A stretch of 64,000 nt of DNA from Lama guanicoe. Lineage: Eukaryota. Each line of letters opens with the position of its first letter. Within the stretch, counting starts at the first letter, position 1. Location of the stretch: the NCBI GenBank assembly GCA_013239625.1, contig MU056277.1:1218076-1282075 (forward strand). Reading direction: 5' to 3'. The notes under the pieces are model-generated. The model had not been told where the DNA came from and made no database searches. It saw only the letters and a program-made list of their open reading frames with translations. Made by a program: the position numbers and the translations under genes. Below are positions 37,451 to 51,519 of the stretch, piece after piece.

Positions 37451-38725
37451 TCTGTTTCCTCTGAATTAATTTTTTCCCCCTTTCTTTCCTGTCTCTCTGC
37501 CCCTGGCTTGTATGTGGGGGACTTTGACCAGGTGCCCGGAGACCCTTGATGCACCGGGTGGACGTCTGGACGCTCTGTTCTCACAGACGAGGCTTGTGGG
37601 CTGGAGGGTGACTGGGTGGGGACCCTGCTGTTTGCTGGCCGACCCCTAAGTCTCTGTTGCCTTTTCTCTTTGGTTTGTCGGTTTTCCCAAAGACGACCCT
37701 TCTGCTGGCTGGAGGCCTGGCTGCTGGAGTCCAGAGAGCCATCGAGGAGGACAGGCGTCATGCCGTTTGGCGGTTTGGTGCGCAGACCTCTACTCTGCCT
37801 GTTTCACGGCAGCGTCTCACCCTCACACCCCCGTCCCAGAGTTGGTTGATTCAGCTCCTCAGAGCCTAGCTGTCCTGCCCTGTGCTGGAGCCGGGAAGGG
37901 GCTGCGGAAGCTAGGGAAGGGGCCTGGGGTCCAAACGCGTCTCAACAAGCCCTGAGCTCAACGCCCCGTGCCCCTACCTTGGGAGACCCAGGCATCTCCA
38001 AGCCCCGAGCCCCCGGTGACCCTGGGGGAGACTCAGCCCGGCTCTGTCACCTCTTCCACCCTGGAGCACTCAGCGCTCACCCTGCGTACACCCCATCACT
38101 GTTCGCCGTCGGCTGTGCTCGGGCACCTGCTTCCCACCCGGCAAACCACACTTCCGCTGCCGCTCTGCGTGCGGCGCCTCCCCCGGGTCCCGGGGTAAAC
38201 TCGACGCCGGGGGCAGAGGCGAAGGACGCTTCGGTGAGCCCGCTGCAGCTGCCTCCAGGGCTGCCGTCACGCTGTTCCTTTACCGTGTGCTTTTGCCTCC
38301 TCAACCCTCCTGCTTCTCTCTTGACTGCCCACCAAGACGTTTACATCGGAAAGGCTGCCGTTCGTCGTTACACAAAGGCTTCCCACCTGGAAAATTTGGA
38401 CCCAGTGAAAACAGAAATGAGTTGACAGAAGTATTTCTCGAGGTGTGAGTCTGAGTGTGTGAATGGGAGAGATGTGCGCCTCCCGGAGTGAGGAGGGGGA
38501 GGCAGAACGATAGAGGAGGGCCTGGGGGAGGAAGACCAGATACACAGGTTGACACAACGCCCACAGCAAGGCTGCCGCTGGGATGCTAGTTTGCTCAGAA
38601 GCGTGCGTGTCGCTGACGCGCTGACGCTGCTCCCAGGACAGAGACGGCCCGTGTGACTGGAAAGCCAGCTGAGAGCTGAGGCTGCTGCGGACCGGCCTCG
38701 CCTCTCCCTGCACAATGGCGTGGGG

Positions 38726-39025
38726 NNNNNNNNNNNNNNNNNNNNNNNNNNNNNNNNNNNNNNNNNNNNNNNNNNNNNNNNNNNNNNNNNNNNNNNNNNN
38801 NNNNNNNNNNNNNNNNNNNNNNNNNNNNNNNNNNNNNNNNNNNNNNNNNNNNNNNNNNNNNNNNNNNNNNNNNNNNNNNNNNNNNNNNNNNNNNNNNNNN
38901 NNNNNNNNNNNNNNNNNNNNNNNNNNNNNNNNNNNNNNNNNNNNNNNNNNNNNNNNNNNNNNNNNNNNNNNNNNNNNNNNNNNNNNNNNNNNNNNNNNNN
39001 NNNNNNNNNNNNNNNNNNNNNNNNN
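38726..39025. other. N gap (300 nt)
   Basis: Run of N. Confidence 1.
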
Positions 39026-39519
39026 CGCTGTGTGTGCAGCTTGTGACTCTCCTGGTAATGACATGATCAACGAGGGGGCGCCAGGTGTGGACGGTTGCTG
39101 GGCCCAACCTGCTTGCTTACCTGGGAGCCGCCTCTGGCAGCTCCTGAAGGGAGCTTGGGTCCTCAGGGAAGGGCCTGGTCTCCACGGACCCCTCCCCATC
39201 CTGCACCCCGAGGCCAGTGGGGCACCGGGAACCGACTCCAGGGCCCTCAGCAGGAGGAGGGCGGGGCCTTGGAAGGGCTTTCTGATTGTCACCGTTGGAA
39301 GGGGTTTTGTGAGAGACGTTGGAGAAGAGCAGGAGGGCAGACACGTCTGGAAAATCGGCAGGCGCCCGGTCACGTAACCTCACGTCCGCGAGGCGCTGTG
39401 CCGCTGCTGGAAGTCCCCGCGAGGGGCCGGGCGGTCTGCTCGCTCCCACGTGAGCAAAGCCAGGAGTCCGTCCGTATGAAAATGAGTCGATTTTTACTAA
39501 AAATGTGTATACATACCTG

Positions 39520-39770
39520 TGTTAGGGACTATTTTCTGCAGTTTTCTGGAGTAACAGGACCCACAGAACGCACGTGCGTGTGTGTGTGTGCCTACAGTTA
39601 TACGTGGACACATCTGAGAAGGAGAGATTCATTTCAGGGGACTGGCTCCCGGGAGTGGGGGACAGGCGAGTCTGACGTCCGCAGGGCGGGCCGGCAGCCC
39701 GGAGGCCCCGGGGCAGAGCTGGCCCTACAGTTCAGCTCCACAGGCCGCCGGGAAGCAGAATTCAGTACTA
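39520..39770 (-). mobile_element. MLT2-like LTR fragment
   Basis: TTTTCTGGAGTAACAGGACCCACAG...(GT)n...GAGATTCATTTCAGGGGACTGGCTC...GGCGAGTCTGACGTCCGCAGGGC. Confidence 0.6.
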
Positions 39771-42700
39771 ACCATGAACTCCGTGCTACCTGAGAATACA
39801 CATCCACAGGTAAGTACACACACACATAGAGACGTGTGCCAATTTAACAGATTCATGAAACTTAGCGTCAGTGTGCTGCCTTGGGCTTTCCTGGTGAGTG
39901 GCCCAGGAAGTCTCTGTACCTGTTTTGCTTTGTCTTATTTTCCTTTGTTGAGGCGGCTCTTGAGCTTTCACTCATTTGCAAATGAGAGACTCAGCACCTT
40001 GCAGGGAGCACTCCAAGGAGTTTAGTGCAGGGAGGACGCCTGGAGTTGCTGCCGCAGGTGACCGGTCAGGGCGGGGCCCGGATTCCCCACAAAGATGAGA
40101 ACTGTGGTGGGCGGGCTGCGGTTGGCATACTGGGCTCCTGGGAACCCCAGCGATGGAGCAATGCAAGGTCTGGGCGCCCACCTGCTCGGGGGGCCACCCG
40201 CTCTCTCCTGCCTCCCTGTTCATGTCCCGGGGCAGCGTCTCCGTGAAAATGGCACCGGGACAGGCATCCAACATCGACTGCAAACTGGTCAGGACCGGGG
40301 ACCACGCCCCGCTCCCCTTCCCACCCCAGCCGCCCCGCAAGGGCAGCACCCGGGTCTGCGGGAGGGCACGTGAACCCCAGGGCTCCCGAGGGAAGGAGCG
40401 CTGGCCGCTCTTAGCCCACCACGAGGTGCTCTCGGAGACGCTGCTGTGCGCTCGCTGGTGGCTTCCCGGGGTCGGAACAACACATGCTCAGATTTCTGCA
40501 TCCTCTGACGAGTCTCTCGCCGCTGTCACCAAACAGTGTGCTCTTCTGAGCCCGAGGTGTAAATAATGTGGGCGACAGGGCCCCGGGGAGCGAGCACGAA
40601 AGCTCGGAGGCTGAGCCCCCCCACCCACACCCCTGGTCTGCTGCTCCCTCAGGGCCGGACCTCCTCCAGCCACCCACCTGGCTTGGCCTCTTGGAAGAAA
40701 GCGCTTCCCAGCCCCGCACCCACCCCCTTGGCGGCTCCTCTCCTCGGTCCTCCTTGTTTGTCACCTCAGTTATTTAACTTCTCTCCTCCGTCCAGTCCAG
40801 CTGCTGCTGTCCTGTGCGGTCACCAGCAGGCCCTCGATTCCGTGGCCCGGCCCTTGGGAGCGTCCACAGACGAAGCTGGAGGCTGCGCCTCCAATCCAGA
40901 GGCGAGCGGAGGCCTGTGGTGCCCCTTCCACGGCGACTCCTGGAGGCCTCGCCCACCGCAAACCTCCTGCTCACTCTGCCAGGGGGTCAGGAGCGCCGCC
41001 TTCCAGACGCCCGTGGAGGACAGCGGGGCTGCCCCTCACGTCGCGCGGTCAGCTCCTGGGCCCGACAGCAGAGGCTGGGGAGAGTGCGGGCAGCTTCCCC
41101 AGCAGAAATGGGTGCTGTCACGTCGACTGGGCCTGCTCCTCCAACTAACAGAACTTGCCCTTGAAAAATAGACTCTGGGGCCCTGTTTTTTCTGATTGGA
41201 TCCACAGTTTGCAGTAAGAGGGGGGATGGATGTGTGAGAGCCTGTGGGGAGAGGTCAGGGCAACCGATGGTCAGTTCCGCCCACCATTAAAGAGAACAGG
41301 TGCTTTCTGAACGGCTCTTCATCGTCCACTCGTGGGATCTGGCCCCACATCGCTTTCCCTCTAGAGGACCAAGGTGGCTCACCCCGGAGTCTCCTGCCCC
41401 TGGGGTGTGAAGAGAAGCTGCAGGATCCTTAGCTCCGAAGTCGTCGCAGAAAAGACGAGAGATTTGAGAATTTCGGCACGTGCAGGTGGGGCCCACGCTG
41501 TGGGAGATGCTGCGAGGTCAGGGCTCGAAATGTCGCCATGTGCGGTGGGGCAGACACCGAGGACGGCCGGAGCAGGACAGGCCCTTCCGACCACCGGCTC
41601 CGCTCATCCGAGCCAGCGCCCCGTCTGCGCCCCCTGTGAGTCACGGAGGCTTCGTCAGGAGCGAGGCTAGCTCCGGGCCAGAGCACCCCGGGGGACTGGA
41701 CGCGGTGGAAGCCTGCCGTTCCTCATTGCCTCGCAGGTCCCAGCCTTCCTGCCGCACGCACAGCCCCAGCCCCTCACACACGAAGACAGTACTTTCCGCT
41801 GCTGTGACTCCTTTCGCTCCCAAATGTCGAGCGGCCGCGCAGGCTGGCTCATCCTGGCCCATCTCTGGGAGGACAGGCATTTGGCAGGAATGATGATTCT
41901 TTCACAGATGGAGAATCGGGGACACAGAGAAGTGAGGGTGCAGTCTGCTCATCCCGACGGCAGAGCCGAAGTGGGAAACGGGCGTCCGGAGCCTGGCTGG
42001 ACTGCGTCTGTCAGCATCAGTCCCTGGGGGGCGAGAGAAGCGGAACGGGGAGGTCCTGGAGGAAATGGGGGAGGACGAGGCCCAGGACAGCGGGCCGGTC
42101 ACAGCATCAGTGCTGTCTGCGGCGCGGCTTCCTCAGGAGGAGCTGCGGGGGCGGTGCGCCGGCGCAAGCCCTCCCGAGGTCGGCACCGCCCACCCGCGTG
42201 CTCGCGGGCATCTGTCCCTGTGACACTTCACTTCGTCCCAAAGCCAAGCCTGTGAGCTAGGCTGCAGCAATCACCCCGCTCCCCAGTCGGAACGATAAGG
42301 AGCAGAGAGCTGAGACCCTTCCCCACGGTCACGAAGCCTGGGATCCGAGTCCCCGCTGCCTCCGAGACCCGCCCCGACCACTCTGCCGTGAGACTCCTGA
42401 GCTGCCCCTGTTGGAAACGCGCCTCCCGTGGGCAGGAAGCTCTGCGCTCCCGCCCCGGGCAAGTGGGGGGGTGGGGCCAGGCTCTAACCCCAGCTGGGTT
42501 CTGGGTGCTGTGGCCACTCTGAGTCTGGGGTGGACACGGTGTCCAGCGGGAAAGTCATGCTGGAAAAACCAGGAAGAAGGTGCAAGTGGAGCCCCCGCCC
42601 AGAGATGCTGGACAGGGCGGGTTTGTCCAGGCAGGCGGTCAGCCGAAGGAGGCTGAGGGTGGTCAGGGGGATGGGGCTGGCCAGGGGGCCAAGTTCTGGA

Positions 42701-44087
42701 TCAGGAAAGGAGCCCTTCTGGTGCGCTGTGGGCAAGTAAGGAGACACTGGGTCAGCCTTAAGGTTCCAGGGCTGCGGTAGACATCAGGGTGGGGAGAGGG
42801 GGAGGCCCGCCCTGGGGTCTTCTCTGGGCAGGGTGGTGCAATGCCTCAGCTCTGTCAGTCTCCAGGAATTCCCTCCCTTCCTCCCTCCTCTCTTCCCCCC
42901 ACCCCTTCTATTCACCCAGAGCTGGGGGATAAGGCCCGCGGGAGAATCAGGCATCACTGGAAGGGCCCAGGTGCTCTTCCTGGTTCTGGCAATAGTGGTG
43001 GTGGGTTGTCAGCACCTTCAGCAAAGACCCCAGGACACGCCTGAGCTGGAGCACACCTGAGCGCATGCCATGGGAGTTGTGGGGCATCCAGGACAGAGTG
43101 CCTAGAGGGGCTCATCCCACGGTCAGTTAGGTGCTTTGGGGAGGGAGGACTGGATGCAGGGTAACTCTGTGACGAGCATCTCCCCAACTCTGATCTGGGA
43201 GGAGGGCAGCCCCGAGCAGGCGGAGGCAGTGGCGGGTGAGGAAGCAGCCAGGATGGGGTGGGGGCGTCCATGGTCACGGTCAGACCTCGCTGGATTACAT
43301 GCACATCCTGTCTGGGCACGGCACATGCGCGGGCTGCTCCAGGTCCTTGCTCAGCCGCCTTCCCCCTCCCATCCGGCTTTAGAGACACTTCTAGGAAGGT
43401 GAGGGTGACTCCCCTTCATGTTCAGAAGGCAGGTGTGTCTCCTGGTCCAGGTCTCTTCTTGAGTTACTTGCAGAGGCAGGCTTAATGACACAGAACTAAT
43501 GACGCAGGAAGCTCCTCCTCCAAGGCTTACGACTGGCTTTGCAATTTTGGATTCTTTTTATAAAAGGCTCCCCCAACTATTTGAGCTTCAGCCCACCCCC
43601 ACCCCCCAATCCCAGCAACACGCATCTCTCCTAATTCAGGGTCTGGGGTCCTCCTCTTAACGTCCGCAGATGCTCTGCTCTTTACGGGGGCGACCACCCT
43701 GGGAGATTAGAAACAGACCAAGGCCACCAACGTGCCTCCCCCAGGCAGCCGGGAGGGGCGTGGTGCAGGGTAACAGCCCCCAGCCAGACTCTTCCAGGCT
43801 CCCATCTGAGGACGTGGGCTGTTTCACTAAGTCCTGCCGCCTCTCTGAGCCCCAGCTTTCCCATCCAGGCTGGGAGAGGGTGCTGGATATGACCACAGCC
43901 ACGAATGCTTTCAGCTCCGGAGTCTAAGACAAGCCCTTTCAGAGATGAAGGGCTTCAGAGGAAACGGTCAGGATGGGGGTCAGCGTCCCTGGGAGAAAAA
44001 CCCGGAGCAACGGGCCGGGGAGGGTCTTTGCCTGGTTCTCACTTATCAAGTCAAGGGATGTGGCCTCAGAGACATAAAATGACTTCC

Positions 44088-44835
44088 GTTTTTTTAATTG
44101 AAGTGCAGTTGATTAACAATGCTGTGTTATTCTCTGGTGCACAGCACAGTGATTCAGTTACATACATTTATATTTTTTTTCAGATTATTTTCCGTTCTAG
44201 GTCATTACAAGATATTGGATGTAGTTCCCCGTGCTTTACAGTAAGGCCTTTGTGTTTACCTATTTTTTGTCTGCTAATCCCAAATGCCTGATTCATCTAT
44301 CTCTCCACCCTTTGCCCTTAGGTAACCGTAGTTTGTTTTCTATGTCTGTGAGTCTATTTCTGGTTGATAAATAAGTTCATTTGTGTGATATTTTTTAGTT
44401 TCCACATATAAGTAATGTCATATGATATTTATCTTTGACTTACTTCACTGAATATGATAATGTCTAGGTCCACCCTTGTTGCTGCAGATGGCATTTCATT
44501 CTTTTTTATGGCTGAGTAGTATTCTGTTGTATATGTATGTGTGTTTGTGTGTATGTGTGTACATATATACACACCCCCCCCACAACTTCTTTATCCAGTC
44601 ACCTGTCAGTGGACACTCAGGCTGCTTCCGTGTCTTGCTATTTATTGTAAGTAGTGCTGCTATGAACATTGGGGTGAAGGTGTCTTTCTGAATTAGAGTT
44701 CCCTCTGGATATATGCCCAGGAGTGGGATTGCTGGATCCTAGCGTAATTCTAGTTTTAGTTTTTTAAGGACCCTCCATCCTGTTCTCCACAGCGGCTGTA
44801 CCAGTTTACCTTCCCACCAACTGTGTAGGAGGCTC
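44088..44835 (-). mobile_element. 5'-truncated L1 3' end (younger, AT-rich; L1MA9/laurasiatherian type)
   Basis: TTTTTTTAATTGAAGTGCAGTTGATTAACAAT...CCCAGGAGTGGGATTGCTGGATC. Peptide WWEGKLVQPLWRTGWRVLKKLKLEL is from the L1 ORF2 C-terminus. Confidence 0.92.
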
Positions 44836-46454
44836 CTTAAAGTGACTTCTAAAGTAAGCCGTGCAGTTGTCGGTGAAGTCGGACTGTGCGGTGACTCAGT
44901 CCCGCCGGGCGCTGGTCTGGGGCAGCCCGTCCCGGAGTGAGGCTCAGGGGCCGTGCTGCCTGGGGGTGGGGGACGTCTGGGGATGGCTCCCTGGGCACGG
45001 AGCCTCCGTTTCAGCAGAGCTGGCACTGACGCCGAGTGGCCCAGATAGAATTTTCTGATAATTGCCTGATGGAACGGAGCCAAAGAGGAAAACAAACATT
45101 GCTGGGGGACGCTCTGGTCCGTGTCCTGCCGTATTCCTGATGCCGGTCGGGGGCCCTGCATCTGGGAACCTGGCAGAGCAGCGAGGTGGGGAAGCGCGCG
45201 CACCTGTGCACTTTCTGGGACGTCAGGGACGCCTCCGGGTCTGGCTCTGCTCTGCGGTCTGGAAGCGCCGTGGTCTCAACTTAGGGGTCACTGAACACTA
45301 ATAAAAACCTGTGTCCCCGGGATGCCAGTGGGGCCCCCACCCTCAACTTTTTCCTACATGAAATGGTCGATTTCTCATCATACTAAATGCATTTAAAAAG
45401 TCTGATTTACTCGTATTAAATGCAAAATGAATCGATAGAAGAATTTTGTCTTATTTAAAGAAAAAGGGCTTTGCCCACTGTTGAGGGCTTCTGGCGTCAT
45501 TAGGTCAAACAGAAAGCAAAAGGCCCACCTTTGCCACCAGGCGCCGGAGCACTTGAAGAGAAACGCAGAACCCGGGGCCGCCTGGGCCTCCCTCTGCCCC
45601 TGCGGCGGGGGCCTTTCTGCTCTTCTGTGCAAGCCGTCCCTTTTTCCTGTTTGAAAAACCGTCACCCAAATACTCGCCAATGTAGCTGCGTTAAATGTGA
45701 AAATACCCTCCCTCTGCTGTGCGCTGAGCTTGGTGAGCGGCTCTGCCAAGAAAATGCAAGCCTGGGGCACAAGCTTTTCAAGCCTTATTTGAAAACATAA
45801 GGGAAAATTACTCCCAGACCCAGGTGATTTCATAAATAAGTAAAAGGACAAAAAAATAAATCCACAAAACAAAAATCAACTCCACGGGCCTAAGGTTGTA
45901 TTCTTGATCTCCAGGCAAAGGTATACGGAAGAACCACCACCTCCCCAGCCCCTCCGACGTTTTAAACGGAAGATTGAATGCGGTCCCCGTGGCGCCTGCC
46001 CTCCACCTCTCTCTGGCCCCCTGGGTCCAGAGGCTGCCGGGCATCATTTGTTGATGGTGCTTTGTGGTGAGTTGCAACCTGGTTCTCCTCCCTCTGCAAT
46101 GCTCCTCCCATCAAGGCGGGGGCTGTTTCTCCAACCCCGGCACCTGGGCTGACTAGGTCTGCGGTGGCCGGCAGCACGCGGGAGGACTGTCCCTGTCCCA
46201 AGTCCAGTCCTCGAGAGGCTTTGTGTCTTCCTGTCCCTCTCGAAGCTGCTGCTGCCCCGTGAACACGCCCAGGCTCCCTGCTGGAGGCTGGCAGCGGGAG
46301 GCCCAGCCACACCAGCGGAAGTGGTGCAGGCTGATGACTGCTGTCCGCAGGTGTGAGACAAGATGTCCCACCCAGGGCGCTGGCTCCCAGAACCGAAATC
46401 TAAGTCAGCAGCTGTTGAGCATGCCGCCGATTTGGGTGGTTTGGCAGCAACAAT

Positions 46455-46582
46455 GCAGCCATCTTCATTGTGGTGGTGGTTTCCTGGGTGTGTACCTCTA
46501 TCAGAATTCATCAAATCGTACATCTGAAATATGTGCAGTTTACTGTACAGGAATCATAGCACAATAGAAGTGTTAAAAAAAA
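46455..46582 (+). mobile_element. L1MC/MD 3' terminal fragment with A tail
   Basis: TGTGGTGGTGGTTTCCTGGGTGTGTAC...TCATCAAATCGTACA...AAATATGTGCAGTTTACTGTA...AAAAAAAA. Confidence 0.75.
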
Positions 46583-49500
46583 TGAAGCATCGTCACAGGC
46601 CGCGTCTGTGTTCTCCTGGTTTATCCCACGTGATGGCCGAGGCTCCGCCTTGCCAGGGGTCAGAACCCTGACGTGCGCCTGCCGTGGCTGACGACAGACC
46701 CTCCCTCAAGCCGCCTGAGACCCACTTCTGCTCCAGGCCCTGAGCTTCCAGGGGCCAGCGGGGAGTCATGGTCAGGGGGTCAGGCCCCGCCTGCGCCCGA
46801 CGTCTCTGACTGGCCAGCGCCCTGCGGTCGCTGGGTGTTTTGCTTGTCTCTAGTGAGTACGGTGCGGGCTGGCATCCACACAGCGCCTGGCAGTGTCCTG
46901 CTGGGACCCCCGGCTCTGGCCGCGGGGGGTCAGCACCCCTCCCGAGCCCAGGCCGGTCCCGGCTCTTACCTGCTGTCCCCCACCCATGTTCCCTAGCGCA
47001 TCCCACATGGGAGACCGAGCACCTGGCCACCGCAGCTCTAGAGAAAGCCCCTCACGCCGGTGGAGCCAGAGGAGGGTGGCGGGCAGGGCTTCTCTCGGCG
47101 GGTCCAGAGCTGGGGGTCCCTTTGAGGACCTGCTTTTGGAGATCCGAGTTGGAATCGTGCTGTTGAATTGCGGCGTAAGCCCTCGGTTTCTTCCTCTGTG
47201 AAGGGGGGACAGTGTGTCTGTGCCTGGAGGTCGGTGCTGGGCTCCAGGAGGACAGAGGGCAGCCTGACCTCGGACCTCAGCTGGGAGGTGGGCTCACCCG
47301 CTGATGTGCTGACAGGTGACATTGGTCGACACCCCAGACTGTCCCTCAGGCCGCTTTCCCTGGGCTCCCGGCCCCTCGGCACTCGCCGTGCCCCGGTGAC
47401 CTTGGACCCGCTGAGCAGGCGGGCTCTGCCCAGAGTGGGGGAAGCTACTCTCGAAGACACTTGCACAGGCACGTTTGCTGCGGGTGGGCACTCACCCTGC
47501 CCCCTTTGAACATCCTTTGCTTTGCCTTTTCCTTCCTCTTCTCTCCGGAACGTTCCTCCTGCTGACAGCTCCTCTCTCTCCACTTTGTGAAGAGCCCTGT
47601 GCCCGCATGTCAGCCTCCCCAGCTAACAGCCGTCAGCTGTGTCTGTTTCCTTGCTCGGATTTGGATGCACAGAGCAAGCCTGGCACTTTCTAAGCCGTGT
47701 GAGTGTGTGCGTGCCTGTGTGTGCAAATGTATTCACACATCATTCTGGCCGGTTCCACACCACAAACCATCGACTCACGGTTTTCTTCTTGTAAGCTCAG
47801 CTCATAAGGGCAGTTTTGACTTCGGGGCTAACATTTTTATTTCTGCAGGAGAAAAGGCGTTTTCACTTCAGAGTATTGCCTTCTCCTGTGCTTGCTGGGG
47901 ACGCGCGTGCCCCCTCCGCTGAGGTCTCCACACGTGCCCTCCTCGGCCCCCAGGCCCCAGGAGCTCCGTGACCTCCCTGGGGCCTGTCGCCTCTCACGCG
48001 GTCCCCTGGTCTCCCGTCCCAGGTCAGCGTTTCCTTGCATCAGACCTTCATTTCTCTTTGCCTCTTCTCCCCAAGGCGTCGCCTCTTCTGTTGCCACCGG
48101 TTTTATCTCTGATCTAGACTTTCTCTTCTCTTTTTCTTGGTAAAAGAAACCCCTCTAGCTGCTCACTTTCAGATGGGACTTACGTTCAGCGACAGGGAGA
48201 TTCTGAACCAGATGTGACCCACAGGACGGGGCGTGTCCAAGTGAGGTGGCATTTCTGGGGTGGGGTGCCCTCTGTGGGTAATCTGGGCCGCACTGGGCTG
48301 CTCCTCACGGGGGCTGGGGGTGAGGAGTCGGCACTCCCGTCGCTCTGGGTGAAATAAGGGAGAAAATATGTGTGTGGAGTGACACCCCTGGGCAGGGGCT
48401 CTCGGTGAGCCACGAGGGGCCCCCAGACCACTTCCCGTGCGGATGCCCATTTTGTGGGTGTGCCGAGGCCAGGGAGCCAGGTCCATGCGGGTTCTCTGTC
48501 CCCACAGCTGCAGCCTCCACCCTGCTCCAGGCCAGGCTGCACCGGGTTGGCCAGTCCAGGGCCTGTTGATACAGCTGAAGCAGGTGACTCCGTCCTGACG
48601 CCAAGCCAGATGCCACAGTCACACTGACCTCTCTCCTGTCCCTGAAGCCCACGGGCGTCTCTGGACAGCTTGACCTGACCTCAGCTGGCCCCACCTGCTC
48701 CCTTGCCTCTCAGCCGGCTTGGCCTCCCTGCTCCATCTTGACCAACTGCCCTTTCCTCCTGGTGTGGTGGGCTCCTGTCCCAGCCTGGCTGTCCACCCCA
48801 GCAGGGCCCATGGACCCCTTTGCAGGGCCCTCTCTTCCACCCGGACGTGGGCCTCACCAGGCCCGGACAGAGCCAGGCCCTGAGCCCTAGGAAGCCTTTA
48901 CAGGGGGTGCACACGGGGTCGGTGGAGAGAGGGCCTGAGTCAGGAGACCACCCCCTCCCCAAACCCGAGGATCTTGTTACCCATCACGAGCCCCTCTCGA
49001 TGGTTCCTGGGTTTATGCTAATGAGATGACCCCCGTCCCTAGGGACCAGCCCCGGGACGGGAGGATCGGGCTCTCAGCCCCACCCCTGAGCCTCTGGCAG
49101 GGCAGGGCCTGGTGACGGAGTGCAGTCAGTGCCTGTGTCACCGGGGCTGGACTGCAGGACGTGCAGCTGGAGACCCCAACTGCCTGCCCGGAGCCACATG
49201 CCCTTCGTGGTAAAGGGATAGCTGTTCCCAGGCCCACGGCAGGCCAGGCTGGGCTGTCACCCAGAGAGGCGGCTGCGGGCAGGAGAGGTGGTCATGCCCT
49301 GTCCCCACACACCACCCGGGAAGCCTCGGAGCCCAAAGCTGGAGGAGCACTGCTCACCAAAGTCCAGAAGGACTTAAACTTGTAACGTCCTAAATGAGGT
49401 AGTGTATACTCTGGGTTGAGTCTGCCTCATGTTCTTCCTGTTTTATTTATGGAAACAGAGGCTAAAACGGCCCAGATGCACCTGAATTCTACGTCCAGAT

Positions 49501-51084
49501 GTGCCTTTACTGTGAGGCCTGTGAGCCAGCTGCACATGGCCGGAGCCTCTGCGCCTTGACAGCTGGAGGACGGACAAAAGAGGGACCAGAGGAGGGGAGG
49601 GACTCAGCCAAACCACAGACTTAAAGCGTCCAGGTCACAATTTTGAAACACAGAAACAGAGTAAGATAAAAAGCTGGGCAGTGAATAAAAATGGAAAGAG
49701 ATTTTATCCTGGTGTAACTTTCAGACTTTCTTCTTGAGCAGCGGATGATTATCAAGTTGAATGGCAGTGTTGCCTGCTTCTTAAATGACTGGTGACTATA
49801 GACGGTTTCCTGTGTCACCGTCAGACCCGGGGGAAGTACCCGCCCTGGTGCTTGGAGGCTGGGAGGAAACACCGAGACGCAGGCCCCGCTCCGGCAGGGG
49901 CGTTAATGCCCGCCCTGCTTGTCGGCAAGGACGCGGGGCCCTCAGGGGCTGGGCTCCGGGGACTCCCCCTGGGATACCGTGGCGCTTCCCTCCCGTGGCC
50001 TCCTGACGGGGACTCTGTTCCACAGGCTTGCTGCTCAGGGGACTCGACTCTACTCGAAGGGATGAAGTGTAAGGACAGAGAGTCACGGGACCGTCCGGAC
50101 CCGCGGAGACCTGGCGCGGCCTTCTAGCACCCCAGCGACGCGGTCATTGATTTCAGACGGATGAGGACAGCAGCGGGCGCGTCCTGTCAGGCTGCGTCCG
50201 CGGCTCTGCGGCGGAATCCTGGAGGTCGGGCGGGAGCTGGCAGCTGACAGGATTCACGTGTGTCCGGACCATGAGGCGGAGGCAGACGGCGACTCTGCGC
50301 AGCAGAAAGGAGTTCTAACCTGTGTGAAAATGTAAGTGGGACCTCACAATTTTAAAGAGCTCTCTCCTTCCGGCAAACTAACTTGCGACATTTGAATTCA
50401 TGGCCATCTTCCCTGCGTACGCCACCCCTTAGCGTTTGGCCTCGGCCGACGGTTGACACAGCACCGGCCCCCCCTCCACTGGCCCTCTGGCCGATGTCCG
50501 CGGCATCTCATCCTAGCACCTCATCCAGCACCTATGACGTGCTGCTCCGTGAACCCCGGGCAAACGCGGGGAGTTCCTGGTCCTTGACGAGCTCACAGCT
50601 TAACAAATAGGCCGAGGAAACTGGCCCACAGGCTGGGGGCAGGTCTGCCTGACGGCTAAAACCTGACCTTTCCGGGCTTCCTGGGGGCACCAGTGGGGGA
50701 GCTTCCCTTCCTTTTCAGTCTTCCCTCTGCGCTTATTTTGAGAGCGTCCTGACCAGGGGGAGGACCTCCTGTCCGTTTTGTGCATCCCGTTGCCCCTCGA
50801 AGTCGAGGCTTGTTAAGGCCAGGAAACTGGCTTCCTGGGTCTCGTGCTTCTCAGCACGCACAGCTGAGGTTGCCGTTCGAAGCCGCGCAGCCGCCTGGCC
50901 GAAGGTCTGCCGATGCGCGGGCCGGGTCCCCGTCTCCCGCAGGCGAGGGGCAGCGCGGCTGCTGAGGGTGCTTCTGGGCTGCTGCCCCTTACCTGCCCCG
51001 TGTGGTCAGCGTCTCTAATCCTTTCGACGGACAGAAGCGCTTTTCTAGCTTAATGAGGACGAGGGGTCACCGGGGCTGCTGAGT

Positions 51085-51200
51085 TAGCCAAGCAGATTCC
51101 CAGGGCCCTGCAACAAGGCAGACCCCAAACCTCCACTTCCGGTGAACTCCCCAGTGATCATGATGTCAGGGGTCCAAGGCCCACATTTTGAGAAATTGCC
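51085..51200. mobile_element. MER5-like hAT fragment
   Basis: GCAGATTCCCAGGGCCC...CTCCCCAGTGATCATGATG...CCCACATTTTGAGAAATTGC. Confidence 0.5.
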
Positions 51201-51519
51201 CCTCTGTTGGGCGGGCACCGAGCCCCTTGGCCTGGTACTCAGTGCTCCCGCAGGCCTGTCTCCCCAGCTCCCTGCTCTGGTGGACCTGTCCCCTGGCCAG
51301 GGGACTGCTGCTCCCTCCTCCCTCAGGCCACCACTCTGCACTCGGACCTGAGTGTCACCTCTCCTCCAAACGCAGGCCCAGCATCCCTGAGGCACAGCTC
51401 ATGTCTCCCTGTAACCTTCCATTGCCTCCAACCCTGCTCTCTGAGGACCGGAGCTGATGAACATAAATGCTCAGTCCATGGATGATGCTCCATCCCTGCT
51501 CCATTTCCCGCTGCCTTAC

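Noticed and set aside
38267-39373. Long ORFs spanning N runs (also 53734-54682, 760-1013, 3248-3664)
   Set aside because: Length is an artefact of translating through gaps.
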